Assembly: GCA_965116885.1 (NCBI GenBank)
Contig: OZ220741.1
Span: 4,160,001 to 4,224,000, forward strand
From: Candidatus Latescibacterota bacterium
Lineage (GTDB): Bacteria; Latescibacterota; UBA2968
Reading direction: 5' to 3'
DNA: 64,000 nucleotides
Shown here: positions 45,169 through 55,974 of the stretch, one piece after another
Layout of the letters: each line of letters starts with the position of its first letter
Numbering within the stretch: position 1 is the first letter of the stretch
Notes under the pieces: model-generated
What the model saw: the letters and a program-made list of their open reading frames with translations, nothing else
Databases searched by the model: none
Told to the model about the DNA's origin: nothing
Program-made: the position numbers and the translations under genes

Positions 45169-46853
45169 GTATCTCAGATATACAAGTATCTTTGGGCGCG
45201 TTTCAGTCCGCAGTTGATCGCGCTATGAAAACATGGTCAAAAAATGGCAATACAGCACGGTTGTGGCGCAGCGATGCCACACTCTGGTCGGGGGCGGATG
45301 AAGCCAACTGGCTGGGGTGGCTCAATATCGCGCCTCAAATACGCGATGGTGCAGACGCCCTATGCGCTTTTGCACAGCAGGTGCGCGATAGGGGAATAAC
45401 GGATATCCTGCTTTTGGGAATGGGTGGTAGTAGCCTGTGCCCCGAAGTGCTGGCGATGACTTTTGGCTGTCGGGAAGGTTGGCCCAGATTGCATGTACTG
45501 GACTCTACGGTTCCCGCACAAGTACAGCGGTTTGCCGATGCCGTAAATCTGGAGACGACACTTTGCATCGTGGCCAGCAAATCTGGAACGACAACCGAAC
45601 CCCACGCATTTTGCGAGTTCTTCTGGGCAAAAATGCGTGAAACCATCGGCGATGCGGCAGGGCAGCACTTTATTGCCATTACAGATCCGGGTTCTGACCT
45701 GGAAGCGCTTGCCAGAGAGCGGGACTTTCTGTCTGTTTTCTATGGTTTGCCAGAGATTGGCGGCAGATTTTCAGCGCTTTCAAATTTTGGGATGGTGCCC
45801 GCAGCATTGATTGGCATTGACGTGCGAGAATTTTTAGCACGCGCAGTGGCGATGGGGAAGCGGTGCAAAATATCAGATGAGCAGAATCCTGGTCTTTTGT
45901 TGGGCCTTGTACTGGGTGAGTTGGCAAAAGCAGGGCGAGACAAAGTGACGCTTGTAACCTCTCCTCAATTGTGGGATTTGGGTGCGTGGCTGGAGCAACT
46001 TTTAGCCGAAAGCACGGGAAAAAATGGTCGGGGTCTCATACCTGTTGACTTAGAAGAGGTTGCCACGCCCGATGCGTACGGTGAAGATCGGGTATTCGTC
46101 TATATCCGACTAAAAGATGAGGCAGACCCTGAACAGGATGCAAATATAGAAAATCTGCGAGATGCTCATTTTCCAGTTATTCAGATCAATGTGGCAGATC
46201 TATTAGACCTGGGGGCAGAATTTTTCCGGTGGGAATACGCAACCGCGGTCGCTGGCGCGGTTTTGAATATCAATCCCTTTGACCAACCCAATGTACAGGA
46301 GAGCAAAGATTTTACGGCGGAATTGACGCAGGCTTATGAAAAAGAGGGAACATTACCGGCTCAAACGCCGTTTTTTATTGATGAAGATGTCCTAATTTAC
46401 GCCGATGTAGCCAACTCGCAGGCGTTGGGAATCATTGAATATCTCGATAGTTGTATTGCTGGACTGCTCAATCAGATTCGGGCGGGCGACTATGTCGCTT
46501 TGTGCGCTTATGTCGATATGAATGAAGAGAATATCACCGCTTTACAGGCTCTGAGACATCGGATACGCAATGTATATCGAGTAGCTACCACATTGGGATT
46601 TGGCCCGCGATTCTTGCATTCTACAGGGCAATTGCACAAGGGGGGACCGAACAATGTGGTGGTTGTGCAACTGACAAGCGACGATGTGACAGATGTAGAT
46701 ATTCCGGGACGAGCGTTCTCTTTCGGCGTTCTCAAGCAAGCACAGGCGCTGGGCGATGCCAGTGCTCTTTCGAGCCGAAAAAGACGGGCGATTCGCATTC
46801 ATTTTAAGACAGATATAATTGCTGGTATCCATCGGGTGAAGCAAGCGGTTTGA
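45165..46853 (+). CDS. pgi: Glucose-6-phosphate isomerase (Tal-Pgi-type PGI domain)
   Basis: GMGGSSL, ASKSGTT, ITDPGS, IGGRFSALS, EQLLAESTGK, INPFDQPNVQESK. Confidence 0.9.
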   Translation: MSISDIQVSLGAFQSAVDRAMKTWSKNGNTARLWRSDATLWSGADEANWLGWLNIAPQIRDGADALCAFAQQVRDRGITDILLLGMGGSSLCPEVLAMTFGCREGWPRLHVLDSTVPAQVQRFADAVNLETTLCIVASKSGTTTEPHAFCEFFWAKMRETIGDAAGQHFIAITDPGSDLEALARERDFLSVFYGLPEIGGRFSALSNFGMVPAALIGIDVREFLARAVAMGKRCKISDEQNPGLLLGLVLGELAKAGRDKVTLVTSPQLWDLGAWLEQLLAESTGKNGRGLIPVDLEEVATPDAYGEDRVFVYIRLKDEADPEQDANIENLRDAHFPVIQINVADLLDLGAEFFRWEYATAVAGAVLNINPFDQPNVQESKDFTAELTQAYEKEGTLPAQTPFFIDEDVLIYADVANSQALGIIEYLDSCIAGLLNQIRAGDYVALCAYVDMNEENITALQALRHRIRNVYRVATTLGFGPRFLHSTGQLHKGGPNNVVVVQLTSDDVTDVDIPGRAFSFGVLKQAQALGDASALSSRKRRAIRIHFKTDIIAGIHRVKQAV

Positions 46854-46864
46854 GAGGATTGAAT

Positions 46865-47863
46865 ATGGCACTGGCAACAATGGATTTAATGCAAATTGTA
46901 GGTGACGATCACAAGACTGGTTTTGCGAGCAAACTTCGCGATGAGCAATTGGAACTCACGCGCAATCGGTTGGATATTTTGCAGGTCAATGTCGGCAAGT
47001 TGTGCAATCAAGCCTGTCACCACTGCCATGTGGATGCCAGTCCGATCCGTACAGAGATCATGACCCGAGAGACAATTGACCGTATTCTATCATTTCTCGA
47101 AACATCCAATATTCAGACAGTTGACATAACGGGTGGCGCACCTGAGTTAATTCCAGATTTTCGCTATTTTGTCGCACAAATACGCGAGCAGGACCGTTGC
47201 GTAATGGTGCGCTGCAATTTAACTGTGATCTTTGAACCAGGGCAAGAAGACTTGCCTGAGTTTTATCGCGATCACGAAGTTGAACTGGTGTGTTCGCTGC
47301 CGTGTTATCTCGAAGAAAATGTGGATGAGCAACGCGGGCGCGGTGTTTTTACAAAAAGCATACGGGCATTGCAGATTCTCAATGAAATTGGATATGGACA
47401 ACCTGGCACGGGATTGGAACTCCACCTGGTCTATAATCCCGTTGGCGCGTCTTTACCCCCTCCGCAAGCCGAACTCGAAGCCGATTACAAAGAAGAGCTA
47501 AGAGCACGCTACAACATCGACTTTAATAAGCTCTTCACCATTACCAATATGCCCATTAGCCGGTTTGAAGAATTTTTAAAACGCCGGGGCATTTACGACA
47601 GCTATATGCAGACTTTACAGGATAATTTTAATCCGCATACGATCGATAACTTGATGTGCCGCTCTCTAATTAGCGTTGGATGGCAGGGTGAGGTTTACGA
47701 TTGTGATTTTAACCAAATGCTCGATATGCATTCTTTTGGGCGCGAAGTTAAATTATGGGAACTGACCGTTGAGGATCTGGTTGGATGCAACGTACGGGTG
47801 CGAGACCACTGCTTTGGATGCACGGCAGGCGCAGGCAGCAGTTGTGGGGGAGAGCTTGTTTAG
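46865..47863 (+). CDS. arsS: Radical SAM protein, ArsS/DUF3641 family
   Basis: CNQACHHC, DITGGAPE, DCDFNQML, C-terminal HCFGCTAGAGSSCGG. Confidence 0.85.
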   Translation: MALATMDLMQIVGDDHKTGFASKLRDEQLELTRNRLDILQVNVGKLCNQACHHCHVDASPIRTEIMTRETIDRILSFLETSNIQTVDITGGAPELIPDFRYFVAQIREQDRCVMVRCNLTVIFEPGQEDLPEFYRDHEVELVCSLPCYLEENVDEQRGRGVFTKSIRALQILNEIGYGQPGTGLELHLVYNPVGASLPPPQAELEADYKEELRARYNIDFNKLFTITNMPISRFEEFLKRRGIYDSYMQTLQDNFNPHTIDNLMCRSLISVGWQGEVYDCDFNQMLDMHSFGREVKLWELTVEDLVGCNVRVRDHCFGCTAGAGSSCGGELV

Positions 47864-47922
47864 AAGTGTGAAGAGCCACTGAAATTCAATCGCTACGAGA
47901 GGGCACCGAGATAGGTGCCTTT

Positions 47923-50208
47923 TTAGTTTACATTAACTGCTATGCGCTGTGTCTGCGGGGACAGGCATCGCGTGCTGTCGCAGGCTTGATATGTGAGTAG
48001 TAGTGAGAGGGTTTGCGGTCGGGTTTTGAATGATAGGGTAAGGGGTATATTGAGGCTGTCTTTATAAACGGCAATGGGACGCTCGGTAAAGGGGAACTGT
48101 AAGTTCTCGGCTTGCGGATAGTCGATTTGGGTGATTTCGGCAATGTCTGTGTCCAATGAGAGACGCGTGGGAATCAAATAATCGTCGGTGGGATTGGATG
48201 CTTGAATATGCCAGCCCGAAGCGATATTCAGGCGTACGTTCACTTTGTGGATATTTGCGCTATCATAGGACAAGACCGTTGCGGACGCAGTGAGCAGACT
48301 ATCGGGTGCAAGGATGGGAGAAGATGCCATCATTGTGCCGTGAATAAAGTGCAGAAGTGCGCCCGGCGTATTCTCCGCGAGGGGAGCGAAGGTATTGGTG
48401 AGCGCGAGGGCGCGTTGGGCATACAGGGGATTCTGCGTCAATACCCGGAGTTTCCACAAAACGTGCAGGGCAACGGCATTGCCAGAAGGCAGGGCACTGT
48501 CGTAAAAACTCTTGGTACGCACAATCATTTCATTTTGATCCCGCGTAAGAAAATATCCACCATTTAGTGTATCCCAAAATGCGGTGTGCATCCGTTCTGA
48601 AAGCGATAGGGCGTCCTGAAGATAGCGAGCAGAATGCGTTGCGCTATGGAGGTCGAGGAGGCCGTCGATTAAAAAGGCGTAATCTTCCTGATAGGCTTCA
48701 CCTTTGCGCTGTCCCTCGCGGTAGATGCGATACAGGTCGCCGTTTGCATTGCGGAGATTGTTGTGGATAAAATCGGCCGCCTTTTGTGCGACCTTCAAGT
48801 ATTCGGAATGACCGAGGACTTCATAGGCGCGGGCATACGCTCCGATCATGAGGCCATTCCACGCTGTGATAATTTTGTCGTCGAGGAGGGGAAGGGTGCG
48901 TTGGCTGCGAGCGTTCAGGAGTTTTTCTTTAAGTGGAGACAGACGCGCGTGCAGGGTTGTAGCGTCAATGTGATGGCGGATTGATAGCGCGCTGTCTGTA
49001 TCGGTTTTATATATAACGCCGGCCAATCCTTCGGGCATGGGCGCGAGCGCATAACACGAGAGGAAGAAATCGGCATCTTTTTTCAGGGTCTGGCGAATAT
49101 CTTGTTCTGTCCAGGTGTAATACGCGCCTTCTTCTGCTTCGGTTTCTGCGTCGAGAGCAGAGTAAAAGCCGCCTTTGGAATCTGTCATTTCGCGCGCGAC
49201 AAAGTCCAGAATTTCCTCTGCCGCAATGCGATAGGCCGTTTTATTGGTGATCTGATACGCACTGAGAAAGTTGTGGGTGAGGAGAGCCTGGTTGTAGAGC
49301 ATTTTTTCAAAGTGCGGCACGCGCCATTGTGCATCTGTTGCATAGCGATGAAAACCACCGCCAAGGTGATCGCGGATACCGCCCAGCGCCATGTGATTTA
49401 GTGTTTGCTCGACTATGACGAGATGTTTTGCATGAGGATTTTGCCAATAGGCCGCCAGCAACAGGTTGAGCGCGTGATCGGGTGGAAATTTTGGGGCTGT
49501 GCCCAGGCCGCCGTTGACGGGGTCAAACCGTTTTTCTATGTGGTCAATCGCCTTGTCAATCAGGTCTCCTTCCGCTTTCTCTGAAACGGCGCGTGTCGTG
49601 TGAATGCGCGCGATGGATTGCGATATCTGCTCGGCCTGTTTTTCGAGTTCCTGTCTCTTTTCCTGCCAGGCTACATGTAGTGCCTGAATCACGCGCGGGA
49701 AGCCCGGGCGTCCATGTGAATCTTCGGGGGGAAAGTACGTGCCAGCAAAAAAGGGTTTGAGATCGGGGGTGAGAAAAACAGAGTTGGGCCATCCGCCGTG
49801 TCCGGTCATGAGTTGGGTGGCCGTCATGTAAATATCGTCGATGTCAGGACGTTCTTCGCGGTCAACCTTGATATTGACAAAAAACTGATTCATCAAGTGA
49901 GCAATATCTGGATCCGAGAAGACCAGCCGTTCCATGACATGGCACCAGTAACAACTCGAATATCCCACCGATAAAAAGATCGGTTTGTCCTCATGACGCG
50001 CTTTTGCGAGTGCTTCTTCTCCCCAGGGATACCAGTCAACGGGATTGTGGGCGTGAAGGCGCAAATAGGGACTGAGCTCTCGGCTGAGGCGATTTTGTGT
50101 AGGAGAGGGCGTAGGAGGATTTTCTGTAGAATAAACACCCCACCAATAACCCGCAGCAATGGCGAAGATGACGATGGAGATGAATAGGAGGCGTTTGGCG
50201 ATTGCCAT
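47923..50208 (-). CDS. YyaL/DUF255 thioredoxin-domain protein with C-terminal DsbD-N-like domain
   Basis: [40 protein letters not shown]-terminal GWHI...[10 protein letters not shown]. Confidence 0.9.
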   Translation of the reverse strand: MAIAKRLLFISIVIFAIAAGYWWGVYSTENPPTPSPTQNRLSRELSPYLRLHAHNPVDWYPWGEEALAKARHEDKPIFLSVGYSSCYWCHVMERLVFSDPDIAHLMNQFFVNIKVDREERPDIDDIYMTATQLMTGHGGWPNSVFLTPDLKPFFAGTYFPPEDSHGRPGFPRVIQALHVAWQEKRQELEKQAEQISQSIARIHTTRAVSEKAEGDLIDKAIDHIEKRFDPVNGGLGTAPKFPPDHALNLLLAAYWQNPHAKHLVIVEQTLNHMALGGIRDHLGGGFHRYATDAQWRVPHFEKMLYNQALLTHNFLSAYQITNKTAYRIAAEEILDFVAREMTDSKGGFYSALDAETEAEEGAYYTWTEQDIRQTLKKDADFFLSCYALAPMPEGLAGVIYKTDTDSALSIRHHIDATTLHARLSPLKEKLLNARSQRTLPLLDDKIITAWNGLMIGAYARAYEVLGHSEYLKVAQKAADFIHNNLRNANGDLYRIYREGQRKGEAYQEDYAFLIDGLLDLHSATHSARYLQDALSLSERMHTAFWDTLNGGYFLTRDQNEMIVRTKSFYDSALPSGNAVALHVLWKLRVLTQNPLYAQRALALTNTFAPLAENTPGALLHFIHGTMMASSPILAPDSLLTASATVLSYDSANIHKVNVRLNIASGWHIQASNPTDDYLIPTRLSLDTDIAEITQIDYPQAENLQFPFTERPIAVYKDSLNIPLTLSFKTRPQTLSLLLTYQACDSTRCLSPQTQRIAVNVN

Positions 50209-50220
50209 GTCATAAGCCTC

Positions 50221-51453
50221 TCAAGCTGCAAACGCGCGTTTGATTTTGGCGACCGCTGTTAAAATATCGTCCATATCTTCCCGTTCACTCAGCAGCATGT
50301 TTTGCAAGAACCAGATACTGGAGGCGCATATCGCTTCCACATGGGGACACGGCAAACGGCGAATCAGGTGTGGGTGTCGGTCCATCACGGTTTTGAGACC
50401 GCCTTCATCAGTTAAGGGCCGCTGATAGCCAGGTGTGCAGGGAATGCCTTCGGCCTGTAAGGCCGCGATAAATTCATCGCGTGTTTTCCCTCCGAATGCC
50501 TCACTATTGTAGCGCATCATATACAGGTGATAGCCGTGCTGCGTGACCCAGGGGTGCCATCGCGGCGGTTCCAGCCCGCCAATTTCGTCCAGGCCCTTGC
50601 TGAGATAAGCCGCATTTTTATTGCGCAAATCGATTTGAGGTTCGAGTTTGGGGAGCCGTTTTAACAGGATGCCTGCCAGATACTCAGAGGTGCGATAATT
50701 CCAACCCAGGCGGGGATATTCCCATCGCTCGCCCCCGGGGCGTCGCCCCACATCTCGGAATGCCCAGGCCCGATCTCTGAGGTCTCGATCATTGGTGAGG
50801 AGACACCCGCCTTCGCCTGAAGTCAGATTTTTGCTCGACTGAAAGCTGAATGCGCCCACATGGCCCAGAGAACCCACTTTGCGACCTTTGTGCTCGGCTC
50901 CATGTGCCTGGGCACAGTCTTCGATGACTTTGAGGTTGTGCTTGCTCGCAATATCGTTGAGCGCATCCATATCGGCCGGGTGTCCGCCCAGGTGAACGGG
51001 GAGGAGTGCAACAGTCTGATCTGTGATGGCGGCTTCGGTCGCTTCGGGCGACATAGTGAAACTCACCGGGTCGATATCGACAAGGGCCAGAGAACACCGC
51101 ACCGAGAGGGGGGCGCTTGCAGTGGCAATAAAGGTGTAGTTGGGAATAATGACTTCGCCACCATCAACCATGCCATCGAGGTCGAGCGCGGCGGATAATC
51201 CAGCCGCAATAGATGTGGTTCCACTGGGCATCATCACGCCATAAGCTGCATCGCAATAGGCGGCAAATGCCTGACCAAAGCGGTGCCCCACAGGTGCGGG
51301 AAGACCTTCGGTTTGATCGAGATAGACTTCTTTGAGGATGGGAGCAATTTCTTTTTCCCATTCCCGTTCTGTGTTATCCGGCCATGTCGGCCACGGCGAT
51401 GCTTCGGTATCGCGCACGGGAACACCACCATCTATTGCGAGTGTTTCTGACAT
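50221..51453 (-). CDS. DegT/DnrJ/EryC1/StrS aminotransferase
   Basis: IEDCAQAHGA, FSFQSSKNLTSGEGG, GWNYR. Confidence 0.92.
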   Translation of the reverse strand: MSETLAIDGGVPVRDTEASPWPTWPDNTEREWEKEIAPILKEVYLDQTEGLPAPVGHRFGQAFAAYCDAAYGVMMPSGTTSIAAGLSAALDLDGMVDGGEVIIPNYTFIATASAPLSVRCSLALVDIDPVSFTMSPEATEAAITDQTVALLPVHLGGHPADMDALNDIASKHNLKVIEDCAQAHGAEHKGRKVGSLGHVGAFSFQSSKNLTSGEGGCLLTNDRDLRDRAWAFRDVGRRPGGERWEYPRLGWNYRTSEYLAGILLKRLPKLEPQIDLRNKNAAYLSKGLDEIGGLEPPRWHPWVTQHGYHLYMMRYNSEAFGGKTRDEFIAALQAEGIPCTPGYQRPLTDEGGLKTVMDRHPHLIRRLPCPHVEAICASSIWFLQNMLLSEREDMDDILTAVAKIKRAFAA

Positions 51454-51590
51454 GTAAAGCTCCTTGTTGGATATATTGGAGACTACGCGCCTTGACCCGT
51501 AGTCAGACGGGATGTATATTTAATTTCTATCCCAATTCAAGGTACGGTTTATAGATTGATTGTCAAGTTATCAAGAGAGGATGATTGACG

Positions 51591-54452
51591 ATGAACCTCG
51601 CAGAAATGTTGATGCAAAAAATTGAGGGCGAAGTGCGTTTTGATAAGATGTCGCGCATTCTTTACAGCACAGATGCGAGCATGTATCAAATTGAACCTGT
51701 TGGCGTTGTTTTGCCCAAACACAAGCAGGATGTTTTGCATGTCATCAACCTCGCCAATGAACACGAGGCCCCGATCATTCCCCGAGGCGGTGGCACCGGG
51801 CTTGCCGGCGGTGTGGTGGGAAGCGGTATTGTGATGGATATGTCGAAATACATGAATCGCATTCTCGACTTCAATGCCGAAGAAGGTTGGGTCAGGGTCG
51901 AGCCTGGCGTGATACTCGATGAACTCAATGCCTTTCTCAAACCGCACGGATTGCAGTTTGCGCCCGATGTGGCGACCAGCAGCCGCGCGACAATCGGGGG
52001 TATGGTGGCCAATAATTCGGCGGGCGCGCATTCGGTTATTTACGGCAAGACCATAGATCACGTTTTAGAACTCGATTTGGTCTTGTCCAATGGCACGGAA
52101 ATAACGGTGGGGGAGTTAGACGAGCCTGCTGTGCAACAAAAATGCGAGCAACAAGACCTCGAAGGTCAGGCGTATCGGGAGGTAATTCGCATCGCTCGAG
52201 AGAATGCGGAAGAAATTGAGCGGCGATACCCCAAGATTTTGCGGCGGGTCGGCGGATACAATCTCGATGAATTTATCAAAAAGCAACCGTTCAATCTCGC
52301 GCGCATGGTCATTGGGTCTGAAGGGACTCTGGCGACCGTTGTCGGGGCAAAGCTCAGGGTAATTCCACTGCCCAAGGCAAAGGTGTTGGGCATTGTTCAA
52401 TTCAACGACCTGATTGCGTCTATGAAGGCCGTCGCACCAATCTTAGAAACAAATCCGGCCGCGGTAGAACTGATCGATAAGATGATTTTGGATCAGACCC
52501 AAGGGTCTATGGAACTGTCCAGGATGCGTTCGTGGGTGCAGGGGGATCCAGAGGCTGTGCTGGCTGTTGAATACTACGGAGATTCAGAGGGTGAACTGGT
52601 TTCTAAGCTGGACGAACTCGAGGTCGTTTTGGGCAATCAGAATCTCGAATATACTTTTTCGCGTGCTGTTTCCGATGTCGAGCAGGCCAATGTTTGGAAT
52701 GTGCGCAAGGCTGGGCTGGGTTTGCTCATGGGCGTAAAAGGCGATTCTAAGCCCATCGCTTTTGTGGAAGACGCCGCTGTACCGCCGGAAAGGCTGCCCG
52801 ATTATATTTCTGAGTTTGGAGCATTAGTGAAATCGCTCAACACGCGCGCGGGTTATTATGCACACGCCAGCGTGGGTTTGCTGCACGTTCGACCAATGGT
52901 CAATCTCAAAGATGCCGACGAGATCGCCAAAATGCGCTTTATAGCCGAATCCGTGCGAGATCTGGTGATGAAATACGGTGGTGCCGTAAGCGGAGAACAC
53001 GGGGATGGCCTGGTTCGGAGTTGTTGGAACGAAACATTCTTTGGCACGACACTTTACGAGGCTTTTCGGGAGGTCAAACGCGCTTTTGATCCCAAAGGGC
53101 TGATGAATCCCGGTAAAATTGTCGATGCGCCGATGATGACCGAAAATTTGCGTTATGGGGTAGAATATCGCGCGAGCGAGATAAATACCCACTTCGATTT
53201 TTCCGCCGATGGGGGACTTCACCGCGCCATTGAAATGTGCAATGGGGTGGGTGAGTGTCGCAAAAAGCTGGTGGGCACGATGTGTCCATCTTATATGGCA
53301 ACGCTGGAAGAAGAGCATTCGACGCGAGGGCGGGCAAACGCGCTTCGGGCGGCGATTTCGGGACGGTGGGAAGGCGGACTTACGGATCATCGCATCAACG
53401 ATGTGCTCGCGCTTTGTCTGGAATGTAAGGCATGCAAAGCCGAGTGCCCCTCCAATGTGGATATGGCGAAAATCAAGTATGAATTTAAGGCGCATTATTA
53501 CGCCAAACACGGGCGACCGTTGCGATCTATTTTATTTGGCAATGTGGAATTGATGGGCAAACTCGGATGCCTCGTCGCACCTCTTGCCAATCGTTTGTCC
53601 AGTATGGGTATTTCAAAGTGGATGATGAAGCGGCTTGGGATTGCGCCTGCGCGATCACTGCCGCCATTTGCGCGTCAAACATTTACACGCTGGTTCGCCG
53701 GTCGCAACGCGCCTCCAAAAAATAAACGCGTCGTGTTTTTTGCCGATACGTACATGACCTACAACTATCCCGAAATTGGCAAGGCAGCTACGGCCTTGTT
53801 TGAAGCAGCGGGCTATGAGGTGATTTTGGCTGTAAAGCGATGTTGTGGCCGTCCGATGCTTTCGAGTGGCTATATCGACCGCGTAAAAGAGAACGCCCTG
53901 TTTAATATTGAAAATCTCTATCAATATACCGAACAGGGGTATCCCATTGTGGGCTTTGAACCGTCGTGTGTTTCGATGTTCACGGATGAATACGGCGATT
54001 TAATTGACGATCCGCGCGTGCGTGCTGTAGCCGACAATATTTATACCTTTGAAGCATTTGTGCAGACGTTTTCCGAACGGGGCGAATTTTCCGTGCCATT
54101 TACCAATCTGAAAAAAGATATCTTACTCCACGGCCACTGCCACCAGAAGGCTCTGTGGGGGATAGGGCCGTCTGAGGTTGCGTTGGGAATGCCCGAGGGT
54201 TTTTCCGTGACGCCCATTCAGTCGGGTTGTTGCGGCATGGCGGGTTCTTTCGGCTATGAAGCCGAGCACTACGACGTGTCGCTCAAAGTGGGCGAGTCGC
54301 GGCTGCTTCAGGTGGTTCGCGACGCAGATGACACAACCGAGATTGCCGCAGCGGGGTTGTCGTGCAGGCAGCAGATTGCACACGCTACAGGTCGCACTGC
54401 CCGTCATCCCGCTGAGGTATTAGCAGACGCCCTGGATAAGGGCGATGGGTAA
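51591..54452 (+). CDS. FAD-linked/Fe-S oxidoreductase (GlcD-GlcF/YdiJ-type fusion)
   Basis: PRGGGT, GSEGTL, GEHGDG, CNGVGEC, CLECKAC..ECP, CCG motifs. Confidence 0.92.
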   Translation: MNLAEMLMQKIEGEVRFDKMSRILYSTDASMYQIEPVGVVLPKHKQDVLHVINLANEHEAPIIPRGGGTGLAGGVVGSGIVMDMSKYMNRILDFNAEEGWVRVEPGVILDELNAFLKPHGLQFAPDVATSSRATIGGMVANNSAGAHSVIYGKTIDHVLELDLVLSNGTEITVGELDEPAVQQKCEQQDLEGQAYREVIRIARENAEEIERRYPKILRRVGGYNLDEFIKKQPFNLARMVIGSEGTLATVVGAKLRVIPLPKAKVLGIVQFNDLIASMKAVAPILETNPAAVELIDKMILDQTQGSMELSRMRSWVQGDPEAVLAVEYYGDSEGELVSKLDELEVVLGNQNLEYTFSRAVSDVEQANVWNVRKAGLGLLMGVKGDSKPIAFVEDAAVPPERLPDYISEFGALVKSLNTRAGYYAHASVGLLHVRPMVNLKDADEIAKMRFIAESVRDLVMKYGGAVSGEHGDGLVRSCWNETFFGTTLYEAFREVKRAFDPKGLMNPGKIVDAPMMTENLRYGVEYRASEINTHFDFSADGGLHRAIEMCNGVGECRKKLVGTMCPSYMATLEEEHSTRGRANALRAAISGRWEGGLTDHRINDVLALCLECKACKAECPSNVDMAKIKYEFKAHYYAKHGRPLRSILFGNVELMGKLGCLVAPLANRLSSMGISKWMMKRLGIAPARSLPPFARQTFTRWFAGRNAPPKNKRVVFFADTYMTYNYPEIGKAATALFEAAGYEVILAVKRCCGRPMLSSGYIDRVKENALFNIENLYQYTEQGYPIVGFEPSCVSMFTDEYGDLIDDPRVRAVADNIYTFEAFVQTFSERGEFSVPFTNLKKDILLHGHCHQKALWGIGPSEVALGMPEGFSVTPIQSGCCGMAGSFGYEAEHYDVSLKVGESRLLQVVRDADDTTEIAAAGLSCRQQIAHATGRTARHPAEVLADALDKGDG

Positions 54453-54729
54453 TATCAAGCGCATTCGCGTGATAATCAGCGGACGGGTTCAGGGCGTTGG
54501 GTTCCGCTATTTCACACAGCGAGAAGGCGAGCGCCACGGGCTGGTCGGATGGGTAAAAAATTTGTCCAATGGCGATGTTGAGGCCGAAGCAGAGGGAAAT
54601 GAAACGCAAGTTGATGCATTTGTAGAAGCGATAAGACGAGGACCTCTTGGATCTCGCGTCCTAAGTTTTCAGATCGTTGAAATACCTGCGAACCACAGGG
54701 ATGCTGCGTTTGATATAACGTTTTTTTAG
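54445..54729 (+). CDS. acyP: Acylphosphatase
   Basis: GRVQGVGFR, GWVKN..GDVE. Confidence 0.95.
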   Translation: MGNIKRIRVIISGRVQGVGFRYFTQREGERHGLVGWVKNLSNGDVEAEAEGNETQVDAFVEAIRRGPLGSRVLSFQIVEIPANHRDAAFDITFF

Positions 54730-54750
54730 TAAATTTTAGGGGAGAAAATA

Positions 54751-55263
54751 GTGGACTTAAAAGAATTTATTCGCGAGGTGCCGGACTTTCCCAAAGCGGG
54801 TATCTTGTTCAAAGATATTACGACTCTGATTGCCGATGCGGACGCGCTTCGCGAGACGATAGAACAACTCGCACAACCCTATCGCAACGGGGCTGTCGAT
54901 CTCGTTGTGGGAATTGAGTCGCGTGGTTTTATTTTTGGTACAGCACTCGCGCGAGAACTCGGTGTGGGCTTTGTGCCGATCCGCAAACCCGGCAAGCTAC
55001 CGGCAGACGCGATTTCTGCGGAATATGAATTGGAATATGGAACAGATAAGATTGAGATTCACACAGACGCAATCGCCGGGGGGCAGAGGGTCGCGCTCGT
55101 AGATGATCTGCTGGCAACTGGTGGCACAATGGCCGCGGCGTGTCAGCTCGTATCCGAACTCGAAGGAGAAATCGTCGGTATCTCTTTTGTTATTGAATTG
55201 GACTATTTAAACGGGCGTGAAAAACTTGGGAATTGGCCCATTCACACGCTGATTCACTATTAA
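54751..55263 (+). CDS. apt: Adenine phosphoribosyltransferase
   Basis: PDFPKAGILFKDI, ESRGF, RKPGKLP, LEYG, VDDLLATGGT. Confidence 0.97.
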   Translation: MDLKEFIREVPDFPKAGILFKDITTLIADADALRETIEQLAQPYRNGAVDLVVGIESRGFIFGTALARELGVGFVPIRKPGKLPADAISAEYELEYGTDKIEIHTDAIAGGQRVALVDDLLATGGTMAAACQLVSELEGEIVGISFVIELDYLNGREKLGNWPIHTLIHY

Positions 55264-55271
55264 TATTATGT

Positions 55272-55344
55272 GCCCCTGTAGCTCAGAGGATAGAGTAGCG
55301 GATTCCTAATCCGTTGGTCGCAGGTTCGAGTCCTGCCAGGGGCA
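55272..55344 (+). tRNA. tRNA-Arg(CCT)
   Basis: Acceptor stem GCCCCTG/CAGGGGC, D arm GCTC..GAGT, anticodon loop TTCCTAA, T loop GTTCGAGTC; CCA not encoded. Confidence 0.95.
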
Positions 55345-55388
55345 CTTTTTTAAAAATAAATTCTATTAACGCAGCCGAGGAGTGAATT

Positions 55389-55580
55389 GTGAAACGCATT
55401 CTGACCATCTCCAAATTTGATCCAAACGAGAAAGCGTGCGATCATACGCGACACCTTACGGGTGACGAACGGGTTTCTCTCCTTGAGGGACTACGCCGAG
55501 AAATGTCTAAGGTAAGCCATCGTGAATATCCAAAAAGACTTCGAAGAGTTCTTACAATTGCTAAACGCAACGGGGGTTGA
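55389..55580 (+). CDS. Small protein typical of partners of nucleotidyltransferase modules
   Basis: GAGGAG RBS; LTGDERVSLLEGLR...RLRRV; overlaps the start of the NTase relic. Confidence 0.5.
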   Translation: MKRILTISKFDPNEKACDHTRHLTGDERVSLLEGLRREMSKVSHREYPKRLRRVLTIAKRNGG

Positions 55581-55711
55581 ATTTGTCATTGTTGGTGGAA
55601 ACTCCTGTCTTCTACATATCTCGATCAAACCTTCTTCACAACAAACGGGAATCCGCTCGCCCTAAGGATATCGCAGATGTGGACGAATTGGGCGGTAATA
55701 GAAACACTTAA
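55522..55711 (+). pseudogene. Nucleotidyltransferase gene with large internal deletion
   Basis: N-terminus MNIQKDFEEFLQLLNATGVEFVIVGG is joined out of frame to a C-terminus ISRSNLLHNKRESARPKDIADVDEL; the catalytic middle is absent. Confidence 0.7.
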
Positions 55712-55727
55712 TCACTTTTCAAGCGGA

Positions 55728-55803
55728 GGCGTCGTAGCTCAGAGGATAGAGTAGCAGCTTCCTACTCCGTTGGTCGCAGGTTCGAGTCCTGCCAAGGGAA
55801 CCA
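55728..55803 (+). pseudogene. Degenerate tRNA-Arg copy (att-like direct repeat)
   Basis: 64/73 identical to the tRNA; acceptor and anticodon stems cannot pair; ends in CCA. Confidence 0.8.
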
Positions 55804-55810
55804 TGTAAAT

Positions 55811-55850
55811 AAAAAGCCCGTCAACCGGTGATGATCGACGGGCTTTTGTT
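55811..55850 (+). terminator. Rho-independent terminator
   Basis: AAAAGCCCGTC...GACGGGCTTTT. Confidence 0.7.
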
Positions 55851-55974
55851 TGTACTCAAATAGCTACAAACAATAACATTATGAATTTGGCAGAGGCGGT
55901 TAAGGTTTTAAACTCTAAAATAAAGATTTTGAAAACTTTAATTGTAAATCCAGATCAGCCAACGTCACGATGGA

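Noticed and set aside
47843..47845. Selenocysteine in ArsS
   Set aside because: The codon is TGT (Cys), not TGA.
11795..55129. Many antisense and alternate-frame ORFs in the track (e.g. 23819-24670, 36432-37271, 39619-40326)
   Set aside because: They are shadows of well-supported genes on the other strand or frame and show no recognisable motifs.
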